Assembly: GCF_000014785.1 (NCBI RefSeq)
Contig: NC_008340.1
Span: forward strand, 660,001-692,000
DNA length: 32,000 nucleotides
From: Alkalilimnicola ehrlichii MLHE-1
GTDB lineage: Bacteria; Pseudomonadota; Gammaproteobacteria; Nitrococcales; Halorhodospiraceae
Reading direction: 5' to 3'
Below are positions 1 through 10,332 of the stretch, piece by piece. Each line of letters starts with the position of its first letter. Position 1 is the stretch's first letter. The notes under the pieces were generated by a model. The model did not search any database. It had not been told where the DNA came from and saw only the letters and a program-made list of their open reading frames with translations. The translations under genes and the position numbers were made by a program.

Positions 1-192
1 CTCGCCCGCGTGCTGGTTGCCATGGCGGGGGAGTTGTCGCCCAGTGTCCGGCCGGGAGGCCGTATCGCCCTGTCTGGGATCCTGCGGGGGCAGGTCGACC
101 AGGTGCGGGCGTGCTATAGTTCCTGGTTCGAAATGGAGCGGCCGGAATACCAGGGGGATTGGGCCCTGTTGGCGGGCACCCGACGGGGGTAA
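1..192 (+). CDS. prmA: Ribosomal protein L11 methyltransferase, C-terminal fragment (gene starts left of window)
   Basis: Frame 1 is open from base 1. The C-terminal sequence ...GGRIALSGILRGQVDQV...YQGDWALLAGTRRG is typical of PrmA. The prmA-DUF3426-fis-purHD synteny matches pseudomonads. Confidence 0.8.
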   Translation, partial: LARVLVAMAGELSPSVRPGGRIALSGILRGQVDQVRACYSSWFEMERPEYQGDWALLAGTRRG

Positions 193-195
193 GCG

Positions 196-687
196 GTGGC
201 AGCAGCGGGTCGGTCGCGGGGGGCGACATGGCGGTTCGGCGCGGTCATCGCCCTGTTGGTCGGTCTGCTGGTGGTGCAATCGGCCTATCTTTGCCGCGAC
301 CGATTGTCGCAGGAGCCGCTGGCCAGGCCCTGGCTCGAGGCCGGTTGCGCCGTGGTGGGCTGTGCGCTGCCCCGGTTCTCCGACCCTCGGGCCCTGCAGT
401 TGCGGGACCGGGTGTTTGAACAGCACCCGCGCCGGCGGGACGTCATCCGCCTGGAGGGGCGCCTGGTCAACACGGCGCCCTTCCGGCAGGATTTCCCGAA
501 CATACATGTGCGTATCACCGACCTGGATGGCCAGCCTCTGGGGGTGCGGCGGTTCACCGCCACGGACTACCTGCACCCTGCCGTGCCGGGGGGTGCGGGG
601 CTGGCCCCAGGGCAGGCCGAGCGGTTGCGCCTGGAGATAATGGTGCCAGCGGATCAGGTACCCAGTTTTGAGCTGGGCTTTTATTGA
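196..687 (+). CDS. DUF3426-like membrane protein (short form with no N-terminal zinc ribbon)
   Basis: GTG start 4 nt after the prmA stop, in the same frame. One N-terminal TM helix (FGAVIALLVGLLVV) is followed by a beta-rich domain. Its position between prmA and fis matches DUF3426 genes. The start codon is uncertain. Confidence 0.6.
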   Translation: MAAAGRSRGATWRFGAVIALLVGLLVVQSAYLCRDRLSQEPLARPWLEAGCAVVGCALPRFSDPRALQLRDRVFEQHPRRRDVIRLEGRLVNTAPFRQDFPNIHVRITDLDGQPLGVRRFTATDYLHPAVPGGAGLAPGQAERLRLEIMVPADQVPSFELGFY

Positions 688-784
688 GGCGGGACCCGTC
701 GTGCCCTGCACGATCGGGCCGCGCTTGCATTGGCCGACGAACCGCAGGAAACTTTGCAGCCTTTCCTCGTGACGAAAGCGCCCT

Positions 785-1072
785 ATGGAACAACAGTCAC
801 CTGCCAAAACAACGAACTCCTCCACAGGCGCGCACGGTAACAGCGCGATTGCGCCGCTGCGCGAGGCCGTATCCGAAGCCCTGGGTCAGTACTTCCAGCA
901 GCTCAACGGACACGACTGCTACGGCCTCCACCAGTTGGTGATGCGTGAGGTGGAGGTGCCCCTGATCCAGGCCGCGATGGACTACGCCGACGGCAACCAG
1001 ACACGCGCGGCCCAGCTCCTGGGCATCAATCGGGGTACCCTGCGCCGCAAGCTGCGCGAATACCAGCTGTAA
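785..1072 (+). CDS. fis: Fis family nucleoid-associated DNA-binding protein
   Basis: 95 aa. The C-terminal [29 protein letters not shown] is the classic Fis motif, and the gene lies directly upstream of purH. Confidence 0.9.
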   Translation: MEQQSPAKTTNSSTGAHGNSAIAPLREAVSEALGQYFQQLNGHDCYGLHQLVMREVEVPLIQAAMDYADGNQTRAAQLLGINRGTLRRKLREYQL

Positions 1073-1107
1073 CCCCACGGCCCCACCCAACCAGAAGGAC
1101 AGCTCCC

Positions 1108-2688
<1,581 letters not shown>

Positions 2689-2722
2689 GCCGGGCCGCCC
2701 CAGCGAGACGGAGTCAGATGCG

Positions 2723-4015
2723 ATGAAGGTGCTGGTAGTGGGTAACGGTGGGCGCGAGCACGCCCTGGCGTGGAAGCTGGCGCAGTCGCCGCGCGTCGAT
2801 GAGGTGCTGGTGGCCCCGGGCAACGCGGGCACGGCGCTGGAGCCGGGCGTGCGTAATGTGGGCCTCAGCGCCAGCGACATCCCGGCATTGGTGCAGTTGG
2901 CGCGCGATGAGGAGGTGGCGCTGACCGTGGTCGGTCCCGAGGCGCCGTTGGTGGCCGGTATTGTCGACGCCTTCCAGGAGAACAACCTGCGCTGCCTCGG
3001 GCCGACTCGCAGCGCGGCGGAGTTGGAGGGCTCGAAGGCCTTCACCAAGCACTTTCTCGCCCGCTACAAGATCCCCACGGCGGCCTACCAGGTGTTCACC
3101 GACCTGGAATCGGCCCAGGCCTATATTCGCGAACAGGGCGCACCCATTGTGGTGAAGGCGGACGGGCTGGCCGCGGGCAAGGGGGTCACCGTGGCGCGGA
3201 CCCTGGGCGAGGCGCTGCTGGCCGCCGAGGACATGCTCACCGGCAGTGCCTTCGGTGAGGCCGGACAGCGGATTGTGGTGGAGGAGTGCCTGGAGGGGGA
3301 GGAGCTGAGCTTCATCGCGCTGGTGGATGGCGAGCACGTCCTGCCGCTGGCCTCCTCCCAGGACCACAAGCCCCGCGACGAGGGCGACCGGGGCCCGAAC
3401 ACCGGTGGCATGGGGGCCTACTCGCCGGCTCCGGTGCTGACACCGGAGCGCTATAAGCAGGTGATGGACGAGGTTATCCACCCCACGGTCAAGGGGCTGG
3501 CCGAGGAGGGGCGGCGTTACACCGGCTTTCTGTATGCCGGCCTGATGGTGGACGCCCAAGGTGGCGTGAAGGTGCTGGAGTACAACTGCCGCATGGGTGA
3601 CCCGGAGACCCAGCCCATCCTCATGCGCCTGGACAGCGACCTGCTGGAGCTTTGCGAAGCGGCGCTGGATGGGCGGTTGGACGAGGTGGAGGCGCACTGG
3701 AAGCCGCGGGCCGCCCTGGGTGTCGTGATGGCGGCTGGCGGCTACCCCGGCAGCTATCAAAAAGGCCACGAGATCACCGGGCTTAGGACCGAGTATCCGG
3801 CCGGTCAGAAGGTGTTCCACGCCGGCACGGTGCTGGGCGACGATCAGCGCGTGCGGACCAACGGCGGGCGGGTGCTGTGTGCCTGCGCCCTGGGGGATAC
3901 CGTGAGCGAGGCCCAGGCCGCCGCCTACGAGCTGGTGGATGAGATCAGTTGGGAGGGGGCCTTCTGCCGCCGCGACATCGGCTATCGGGCCATCGCCCGC
4001 GAGCAGGCCTCCTGA
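2723..4015 (+). CDS. purD: Phosphoribosylamine-glycine ligase
   Basis: The internal ATG at 2723 gives the canonical N-terminus [22 protein letters not shown]-grasp motifs are present ([25 protein letters not shown]). The longer ORF from 2642 overlaps purH and was rejected. Confidence 0.97.
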   Translation: MKVLVVGNGGREHALAWKLAQSPRVDEVLVAPGNAGTALEPGVRNVGLSASDIPALVQLARDEEVALTVVGPEAPLVAGIVDAFQENNLRCLGPTRSAAELEGSKAFTKHFLARYKIPTAAYQVFTDLESAQAYIREQGAPIVVKADGLAAGKGVTVARTLGEALLAAEDMLTGSAFGEAGQRIVVEECLEGEELSFIALVDGEHVLPLASSQDHKPRDEGDRGPNTGGMGAYSPAPVLTPERYKQVMDEVIHPTVKGLAEEGRRYTGFLYAGLMVDAQGGVKVLEYNCRMGDPETQPILMRLDSDLLELCEAALDGRLDEVEAHWKPRAALGVVMAAGGYPGSYQKGHEITGLRTEYPAGQKVFHAGTVLGDDQRVRTNGGRVLCACALGDTVSEAQAAAYELVDEISWEGAFCRRDIGYRAIAREQAS

Positions 4016-4040
4016 GACCGGCTCCTCCGCCGTCGACGCC

Positions 4041-4092
4041 GGACACAAAAAACCGCCGCGCCCTCGGTGAGGCGCGGCGGTTTTTTGTGTCC
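4041..4092. terminator. Bidirectional rho-independent terminator between convergent purD and the phasin gene
   Basis: Perfect palindrome GGACACAAAAAACCGCCGCGCC-TCGGTGAG-GCGCGGCGGTTTTTTGTGTCC. A GC stem is flanked by an A-run on one side and a T-run on the other. Confidence 0.85.
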
Positions 4093-4133
4093 GGCGTGCC
4101 CCGGTGGGGGCCTGTACCGGTGGTTGCCGCCGT

Positions 4134-4652
4134 TTAAGCGGACTTGGTGGTACGGCGGGCGGAGCTGCCCTTGCTGGCGGTGCTGCGGGTGGTGCGCTTC
4201 GCGCCACTGCCGCCGCTCGTGCTGCCGGTGCTGGCGCTGCTCTGGGCGGGCGCGCTGGCGCTGGGCGCCGCTGCGGCGGCAGCCGGGATGCTGGCCAGCG
4301 GGCTGCCGCTCTCGGCGGCCAGCTTGCGCACCTGCTCGCCAAAGTCGCGGCCGAGGTCCACCAGCTTGCCGGCATCCTCGTTGAGCTTCTGGTTGCACTG
4401 CTCGGCCAGCTTCTGGCGGCTCTCCAGGTAGTCCGTCAGGCTCTTCTGGTCGCTGATCTCCAGGGTCGCGCGGGCCTGACTGAAGGTCAGGTCAGACCAG
4501 GAACTCAGGATGTCCAGCTGCAGCTGGGTGTACTTTTCAGCGCCTTCCAGCATCAGGCCCATCATCCGGCGGACCGGTTCGCCCTGGCCTTCCATCTGCT
4601 TGAAAATATCGCCGAATTGCGCCTGGAACTGCTTGTTGAACTGCTCGTACAT
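4134..4652 (-). CDS. Phasin-family PHA granule-associated protein with a basic Ala/Ser/Thr/Lys/Arg-rich C-terminal tail
   Basis: The start at 4652 (MYEQFNKQFQAQFGDIFK...) is preceded by GGAGGTG. The sequence is helical and phasin-like (AEKYTQLQLDILSSW..., LESRQKLAEQ). The tail is ...GAKRTTRSTASKGSSARRTTKSA. Confidence 0.7.
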   Translation of the reverse strand: MYEQFNKQFQAQFGDIFKQMEGQGEPVRRMMGLMLEGAEKYTQLQLDILSSWSDLTFSQARATLEISDQKSLTDYLESRQKLAEQCNQKLNEDAGKLVDLGRDFGEQVRKLAAESGSPLASIPAAAAAAPSASAPAQSSASTGSTSGGSGAKRTTRSTASKGSSARRTTKSA

Positions 4653-4685
4653 GGGGTCACCTCCAATTAGGTGTCTTAATGACTT

Positions 4686-4725
4686 GTGCGATGCAACATA
4701 GCACGCCATTTGGTGCGTTGCAACA
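4686..4725. promoter_or_regulatory. Direct repeat GTGCGATGCAACA / GTGCGTTGCAACA in the phasin/RRM divergent promoter region
   Basis: Two 13-mers at 4686-4698 and 4713-4725 differ at one position. The second contains the 8-bp palindrome GTTGCAAC. The TGC/GCA-rich content is reminiscent of PhaR-type operators. Confidence 0.3.
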
Positions 4726-4784
4726 AGCCGCGAAAAGCCTTCTATACTGCTCTTACCGGGTACGGGTTAAGCGGAGGTCAACCC

Positions 4785-5090
4785 ATGGACAGGCAGCAGC
4801 TCTACGTCGGCAATCTGCCGACCGACTGTGAACAGGGGGCATTGGAGGCTCTGTTCCGGCCCTATGGTGAAGTGTGCTCGGCGCGACTGGTGCGGGATCG
4901 AAGCAGTGGCGAACCCCGCGGGTTCGCCTTTGTGGAGATGGAGGTCCGGGCGGCGGAGGCGGCCATGGCGGCGCTGGACGGCCAGCCCTACCAGGGGCAG
5001 CGGCTGCGGGTGAATCGTGCGCACCAGAAGCAGCCGCGCGGGCCGAGAGCCCTGCGGCTGCGGCGCCGGGCGGTGCACCGCCATGCCTGA
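4785..5090 (+). CDS. RRM (RNP-1) domain RNA-binding protein
   Basis: The start at 4785 is preceded by GCGGAGG. RNP-2 is LYVGNL and RNP-1 is RGFAFVEM. The C-terminal tail is basic. Confidence 0.85.
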   Translation: MDRQQLYVGNLPTDCEQGALEALFRPYGEVCSARLVRDRSSGEPRGFAFVEMEVRAAEAAMAALDGQPYQGQRLRVNRAHQKQPRGPRALRLRRRAVHRHA

Positions 5091-5128
5091 GGCGCCGGGC
5101 CGGCAGTGGCCGGCGCCCGGGTGACGCG

Positions 5129-5605
5129 TTACGTGCGGCCCGGGGCGGCCTCCGGCTCCGCGGCGTCGTCGTCCGCCGGCGTGGTGGCCCCGGTGTCGTG
5201 GCCGGGCAGGGCGTGCGGCCGTTCCTGCTGGTCGGTGAGGGCCAGATGCTGCTCGTCCCGGGCATGACTCTGGCCGCGGAAGATGCCGCCCGGCTCGATC
5301 ACGAAGGTATCGCTATAGACATCGCCGTGGACCCTGCCGTTGGCGACAATCTCGAGCGCATGGCAGTCCACGTCCCCCTCCAGATGGCCGCTGACCACCA
5401 GTCGTTCGGCCTGGATGGTGCCCTCCAGCCGGCCACTTTCACCAATGGAGACATCGCCGTGGGTGCGGACGGTGCCCCGCACGGTACCGTCCAGATGAAG
5501 GGCCACCTCGCAGGTCAGTTCCCCGACGAGTTCGGTACCCGCAGCGATAACTGTCGTTCCTGTAGGCTTAGACTGCGTTTTAGCCCCTTTGCCAATGAGT
5601 CCCAT
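5129..5605 (-). CDS. Bactofilin family cytoskeletal protein
   Basis: 158 aa. Repetitive beta-helix pattern: TVIAAGTELVGELTCEVALHLDGTVRGTV...GRLEGTIQAERLVVSGHLEGDV...VANGRVHGDV. The C-terminus is acidic and disordered. Confidence 0.85.
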   Translation of the reverse strand: MGLIGKGAKTQSKPTGTTVIAAGTELVGELTCEVALHLDGTVRGTVRTHGDVSIGESGRLEGTIQAERLVVSGHLEGDVDCHALEIVANGRVHGDVYSDTFVIEPGGIFRGQSHARDEQHLALTDQQERPHALPGHDTGATTPADDDAAEPEAAPGRT

Positions 5606-6474
5606 TTTACCCGGCCCTCTTTCTCGAAAAGCGCTTCGTAGTTGTCGATGTCCCAGGCGACGAACGGCTCCGGATTGAGCTTGCGCTGCAGGTGCCAGAC
5701 CTCGTAGTGAAGATGCGGTCCGGTGGCGCTGCCCGTGCTGCCCACGCGGCCGATCACGGTGCCTGCCGGGACGAACTCGCCCTGGCGGACCTTGATGCGG
5801 TCCAGGTGGGCGTAGTAGGTCTTGAAGGAGAAGTTGTGGTCAAGGATGACGAGCTTGCCCAGACCGCTGTTATGGCGCGCGGCGAAGTTGACGACGCCGT
5901 CGGCGGTGGCCACCACCGGGGTGCCGCGGTCGGCGGCCAGGTCCACGGCGGCGTGGAAAGAGCGCTCGCCGCTGATCGGGTGGCGGCGCCAGCCATAGCC
6001 GCTGGTCTTGCGGCTATGCCCCTGGATGGGGTTGCCGCTGGGGATGGTTTGCAGCATCAGCGCCCGCTCCAGGGCAGTCTGGCTGGCGGTGTCCAGGCGC
6101 TGACTGCGGCCCACGTCGGGTTCCGGCCGCAGCCCGACCATGGCCTCAATGTGGCCCAGCTCCAGGTCCAGTTGGCTCAGTTCGGCGGACTGCTCCTCAA
6201 TGACGCGGTTGAGTTCGGCGTTACGCCGTTCGATCGCCTGGATGACCCGGACCTTGTGGTCCTGCAATTGCTCGTACTCCGACTGTGCTTGGTCGCGACG
6301 TTCGGCCAACTCGGTGAGGTTGTGGTTGAGCCACCAGATGGTGGCGCCGCCGGCCAGGAAGGTCAGCAGGATGACGGTGACCGTCCCCAGCGCCACCCGC
6401 TTCACCAGTTGGTGTAGCGAGAAGTGCCGGGAGCCCCGGTAGTCGGTAATCGTCAGTGTGAAACGATCCCTCAA
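5515..6474 (-). CDS. M23 (LytM-type) metallopeptidase with N-terminal TM helix and coiled coil
   Basis: HxxxD motif (FHAAVDL) and HxH motif (GPHLHYEVW). TM helix VALGTVTVILLTFLAGGATIWWL. The coiled coil is ELNRVIEEQSAELSQLDLEL. Confidence 0.9.
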   Translation of the reverse strand: MRDRFTLTITDYRGSRHFSLHQLVKRVALGTVTVILLTFLAGGATIWWLNHNLTELAERRDQAQSEYEQLQDHKVRVIQAIERRNAELNRVIEEQSAELSQLDLELGHIEAMVGLRPEPDVGRSQRLDTASQTALERALMLQTIPSGNPIQGHSRKTSGYGWRRHPISGERSFHAAVDLAADRGTPVVATADGVVNFAARHNSGLGKLVILDHNFSFKTYYAHLDRIKVRQGEFVPAGTVIGRVGSTGSATGPHLHYEVWHLQRKLNPEPFVAWDIDNYEALFEKEGRVKWDSLAKGLKRSLSLQERQLSLRVPNSSGN

Positions 6475-6570
6475 TGTCCTTCGCCCGTTTTTCTGGTGAA
6501 TGGCCCGGGCACGCTGACTTGGGCCACTTATGCTGTTGAAGGTCTGCTCGGTGGAGAGGGTCCCGACGGG

Positions 6571-6861
6571 TCAATCCTGCCGCCGGCCTTCCTCCCGCCG
6601 GTATTCACCCTCGATCACGCGGCCGCCGGCGGCCGATTGTTGGCGCTGGTGGCGCGCCTGGGCGCGCTCGGCCGCCTGGCGGAGCTGACGACGCAGCCAC
6701 CAGAGGCGGACGGCGAAGACCACGGCCCCCACCGCGGCCAGGCCCAGCAGGGCCAGAAAGACGAAGACGCCCAGAAAGGCGGTGAAGCCGATCACTACGA
6801 TCGCCCCGAGCACGCCGATCACCCGGCCGATCAGGCTGCCGGAGGGGTTGGATGTTTGCAT
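6571..6861 (-). CDS. Small membrane protein, unknown function
   Basis: The internal ATG at 6861 (MQTSNPSG...) follows AGAGG. It has two hydrophobic helices and a charged Arg/Gln/Glu tail. No family was recognised. Confidence 0.45.
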   Translation of the reverse strand: MQTSNPSGSLIGRVIGVLGAIVVIGFTAFLGVFVFLALLGLAAVGAVVFAVRLWWLRRQLRQAAERAQARHQRQQSAAGGRVIEGEYRREEGRRQD

Positions 6862-6975
6862 GTAAACCTCTTGCTTGCCCCGGAGCCGGGCCCCGGCGCC
6901 CAATTTAACACCTTATTGCGGCAGGCAGAATGACGCCCGGGGGGGCATCTGGCCGCAGCCCCGGGCTCCGGGAGG

Positions 6976-8883
6976 TCAGACCTGGGTCTGGGCCTCCAGT
7001 TCCTCCCAACGCTCAAAGGCGCTCATCAGCCGCTCCTCCAGGGCCTCCAGTTGGGCCTGCAGGCGCGGGATATCCTCCGGGCGGTCGCGGTAGATCGCCG
7101 GGTTGGCCAGTTGCTGTTGCAGCTCGCTCTGTTCCTGCTCCAGCCGTTCGATGGTCTCGGGCAGGCTGGCCAGCTCCCGCTGGGCCTTGTAGCCCAGCTT
7201 GGCGGGCCGGCGACTGCGGCTGGTCGGGCGCTCCGGCCGCTGGGCGGCCTCGGTGCGGCGCGTTTGGCGGCCCTGCTCGGTGTCGCGCTGGGCCTGGTGG
7301 CGCAGCCAGTCGCTGTAGCCGCCGGCGTGCTCGGTGATCCGGCCCTCGCCCTCGAAGACCCAGGTGCTGGTGACCACCTGATCCATGAATTCGCGGTCGT
7401 GGCTGACCAGCAACACGGTGCCGTCATAATCGGCCAGGCGGTCCTCCAGCAGCTCCAGGGTCTCCATGTCCAGGTCGTTGGTGGGCTCGTCGAGCACCAG
7501 CAGGTTGGCCGGGCGGGTAAACAGCCGCGCCAGCAGCAGCCGGGCGCGTTCGCCACCGGAGAGGCTGTGCACCGGGCTGCGTGCCCGGTCTGGGGTGAAC
7601 AGGAAGTCCTGCAAGTAGCCCAGGACGTGGGTGCGCCGGCCGCCCACCTCGATGAACTCGCGGCCGTCGGCGATGTTGTCGGCGACACTGCGCTGATCGT
7701 CCAGCGTCTCCCGAAGCTGGTCGAACCAGGCCACCTCCAGCCGGGTACCGGTGCGGATGCGGCCCGCCGTGGGCTGAACCCGCCCCAGTAGCAGGCGCAG
7801 CAGGGTGGTCTTGCCGGCGCCGTTGGGGCCCACCAGGCCAATGCGGTCGCCGCGCAGCACGGTGGTGGAGAAGTCTTGGATCAGCGGCCGGCCGTCGGGC
7901 AGGGTGAACCCGACCTGCTCGGCCTCGGCCACGAGCTTGCCCGACTGCTCCGCCGCCTGGATGTCCAGCCGGCTGGTGCCCTGACCAGTCCGGCGGGCGG
8001 CGTGCGCCTCACGCAGCGCCTGCAGGGCCCGCACCCGCCCCTGGTTGCGGGTGCGCCGGGCCTTGATGCCCTGGCGGATCCAGGCTTCCTCTTGGGCCAG
8101 GCGCTTGTCCTCCCGCGCCTGGGCCTGGGCCTCGGCGTTCAGCCGCTCATCGCGCCGGCGCAGGTAATTGTCCCAATCGCCGGGGTAGCTGTATGCCCGC
8201 CCGCGGTCCAGCTCCACGATCCGGGTGGCCACCCGGCGCAGGAAGGCGCGATCGTGGGTGACGAGGACTACCGAGGCCTCGGTGGTGGCGATCACCTCCT
8301 CCAACCGCTGGATGGCTTCCAGGTCCAAGTGGTTGGTGGGCTCATCCAGAAGCAGCAGATCGGGGTCGCGGACCAGCGCCTGGGCCAGCAGCACCTGGCG
8401 TCTCAGCCCGCCGGAGAGCTGGTCGAAGCGGGCATCGGCGGGCAGGCCCAGCCGGCTCAGGGTGGCCTCCACCCGATTGTGAAGGGCCCAGCCGCCGCGC
8501 CCCTCCAGCTCGTGCTGAATATGCTCCAGCCGGGTCATGGCTGCCTCGTCGCCCATGGCCACCTGGCGGCTGGTCTGGTGGTAACGTTCCACCAGTTCGC
8601 CCAGCTCGCCGAGCCCCTCGGCGACGACATGGTAGACGCTACCCGCCATGCGTTCGGGGATGTCCTGGGGCAGCAGGGCGACATCGAGCCGTTCCAGGCC
8701 CTCGATGCGTCCGCTGTCCGGGGTGTGTTCGCCCGCCAACAGGCGCAGCAGGGAGGACTTGCCGCAACCGTTGCGGCCGAGCAGGGCGATGCGCTCGCCG
8801 GCTTCCAGCTGCAGGCTGACGCCGTCCAGCAGCGTCGGACCGCCGAAGGCCAGGTGGATGTCGTGCAGATGCAGCAGCGCCAA
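6976..8883 (-). CDS. uup: ABC-F family ATPase (Uup-like) with C-terminal coiled-coil domain
   Basis: Two ABC cassettes: GRNGCGKSS and GPNGAGKTT Walker A, LSGGLRRQV and LSGGERARL signatures, LLLDEPTNHLD and LVLDEPTNDLD Walker B. The TTG start at 8883 follows GAGGAG and gives 635 aa. The ATG at 8970 adds a non-homologous leader. Confidence 0.88.
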   Translation of the reverse strand: MALLHLHDIHLAFGGPTLLDGVSLQLEAGERIALLGRNGCGKSSLLRLLAGEHTPDSGRIEGLERLDVALLPQDIPERMAGSVYHVVAEGLGELGELVERYHQTSRQVAMGDEAAMTRLEHIQHELEGRGGWALHNRVEATLSRLGLPADARFDQLSGGLRRQVLLAQALVRDPDLLLLDEPTNHLDLEAIQRLEEVIATTEASVVLVTHDRAFLRRVATRIVELDRGRAYSYPGDWDNYLRRRDERLNAEAQAQAREDKRLAQEEAWIRQGIKARRTRNQGRVRALQALREAHAARRTGQGTSRLDIQAAEQSGKLVAEAEQVGFTLPDGRPLIQDFSTTVLRGDRIGLVGPNGAGKTTLLRLLLGRVQPTAGRIRTGTRLEVAWFDQLRETLDDQRSVADNIADGREFIEVGGRRTHVLGYLQDFLFTPDRARSPVHSLSGGERARLLLARLFTRPANLLVLDEPTNDLDMETLELLEDRLADYDGTVLLVSHDREFMDQVVTSTWVFEGEGRITEHAGGYSDWLRHQAQRDTEQGRQTRRTEAAQRPERPTSRSRRPAKLGYKAQRELASLPETIERLEQEQSELQQQLANPAIYRDRPEDIPRLQAQLEALEERLMSAFERWEELEAQTQV

Positions 8884-9014
8884 GGTCGCTCCTCTTCGCT
8901 CGAGTGGGTGGCCTATTCTACATCCTTGCCCGGACGGCGTAGACCGGTCGTCGGCCAGGCTGCGACACACGGCCCGCTTTGCCCCAGCGAAGACCTGAGG
9001 TATCTTTCGCCCGC

Positions 9015-10322
9015 ATGAACGATGACGCCAACGCCTACCACCTGACGGACCACCCCCTGCGTCGCCAGATCCACGACGAGGTCCACGCCCGGCCCTTTGA
9101 GATCCTGCGTGCGCCGATGCGGGTCTCCCACCTGGCCATGCTCTCCGGGCGCCATGGCGCGGACGCCGATCGTCAACACGTGGCCGCCCTGTGCGAGCGC
9201 TTCGGCGTGGCCCCGCCGGCGTCCGGTGCCAACCACCTGAGCGAGGACTTCGGCCCCTTCCGGCTCAAGTGGGAGCGGCGCACGGAGTTCTCCACCTACA
9301 CCTTTTTCGTTCACGGGGCCTTCGACCACCCCTTCGAGAACCCGGCCATTGATCAGGTGCCGTTGGACTGGCTTGAACGGTTGCCCGGCAAGCGGCTGGT
9401 GGCGATCCATCTGGGCCTGGAGTCCGCCGATATGCCGGCGCGCAGCGTCGCCGACACCGTGGCGCTGTTCAATCGCAACACGGTGGTGGGCAGCGTGGTC
9501 TCTGACGGGGCGGCCCGCGCCTGGACCGACTTCCGCATCCACGACGACGGCTATTCGCGCATGTTGGTGCGCGACATCCGGTTGCGCGAGCGCCAGGCCG
9601 GCCGTGTGGTGCAGCGCCTGCTGGATATCGAGACTTACCGCATGATGGCCCTGCTGGCCTTCCCGGTCGCCGGGCAGGTGAGCCCGGAGCTCACGGCCCT
9701 GGAGGAGCGGCTGGCGTCGATGACCCAGCGGCTGACCGATATTCGGGCCCTGGAGGATGAGCAGGGGTTGCTGGCCGATCTCTCGTCGCTGGCCGCGAAG
9801 GTGGAGCGCATCGGCAATGCCACCCATTACCGGTTCAACGCCGCCCGGGCCTATTACGCGCTGGTGGAGCGGCGTATGGCGGAACTGCGCGAGCAGCGGA
9901 TCCCGGGCATGCAGACAATAAAGGGCTTTCTGGAACGGCGCCTGGAGCCGGCCATGCGCACCTGTGAGTCGGTGGCCCGGCGCCAGGAGTCGCTGGCCCG
10001 CCGGGTGGCCCGCACCGGGGATCTGCTGCGCACCCGGGTGGACGTGGCCCTGGAGGCACAGAACCGCGACTTGCTGGACTCCATGAACCGCCGCGCCCGG
10101 CTGCAAATGCGGCTACAGGAGACGGTGGAGGGTCTGTCGGTGGTGGCCATCAGCTACTACGGCGTCTCCCTGGTCGGCTACCTGCTCGGTGCCGGCCGCG
10201 CTGCGGGGCTGGATGTCTCCGTCGATCTGCTCCGGGGCGCGGCGGTGCCGCTGGTGGTGGCCATGGTCTGGCTCGGCGTGCGCTGGGTGAAGCGGCGCGT
10301 GGTCCGGCGCAGCGAGGCCTGA
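9015..10322 (+). CDS. DUF3422-like membrane-anchored protein
   Basis: Starts MNDDANAYHLTDHPLRRQIHDEVHARPF. It has a long soluble region and C-terminal TM helices (LSVVAISYYGVSLVGYLLG, AAVPLVVAMVWLGV). The family call is from memory of the N-terminal HPLR...ELHARP signature. Confidence 0.65.
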   Translation: MNDDANAYHLTDHPLRRQIHDEVHARPFEILRAPMRVSHLAMLSGRHGADADRQHVAALCERFGVAPPASGANHLSEDFGPFRLKWERRTEFSTYTFFVHGAFDHPFENPAIDQVPLDWLERLPGKRLVAIHLGLESADMPARSVADTVALFNRNTVVGSVVSDGAARAWTDFRIHDDGYSRMLVRDIRLRERQAGRVVQRLLDIETYRMMALLAFPVAGQVSPELTALEERLASMTQRLTDIRALEDEQGLLADLSSLAAKVERIGNATHYRFNAARAYYALVERRMAELREQRIPGMQTIKGFLERRLEPAMRTCESVARRQESLARRVARTGDLLRTRVDVALEAQNRDLLDSMNRRARLQMRLQETVEGLSVVAISYYGVSLVGYLLGAGRAAGLDVSVDLLRGAAVPLVVAMVWLGVRWVKRRVVRRSEA

Positions 10323-10332
10323 GCCCCCGGCT

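Noticed and set aside
2714-4375. 553-aa minus-strand ORF spanning purD, the terminator and part of the phasin gene.
   Set aside because: It crosses a strong bidirectional terminator and is low-complexity (runs of A, P and R). It overlaps real genes on both strands, so it is an artefact.
5091-5128. A GC-rich hairpin (GGCGCCGG...CCGGCGCC) between the RRM gene and bactofilin as a rho-independent terminator.
   Set aside because: It has an 8-bp stem with an 11-nt loop and no T-run on either strand. It is not a canonical intrinsic terminator.
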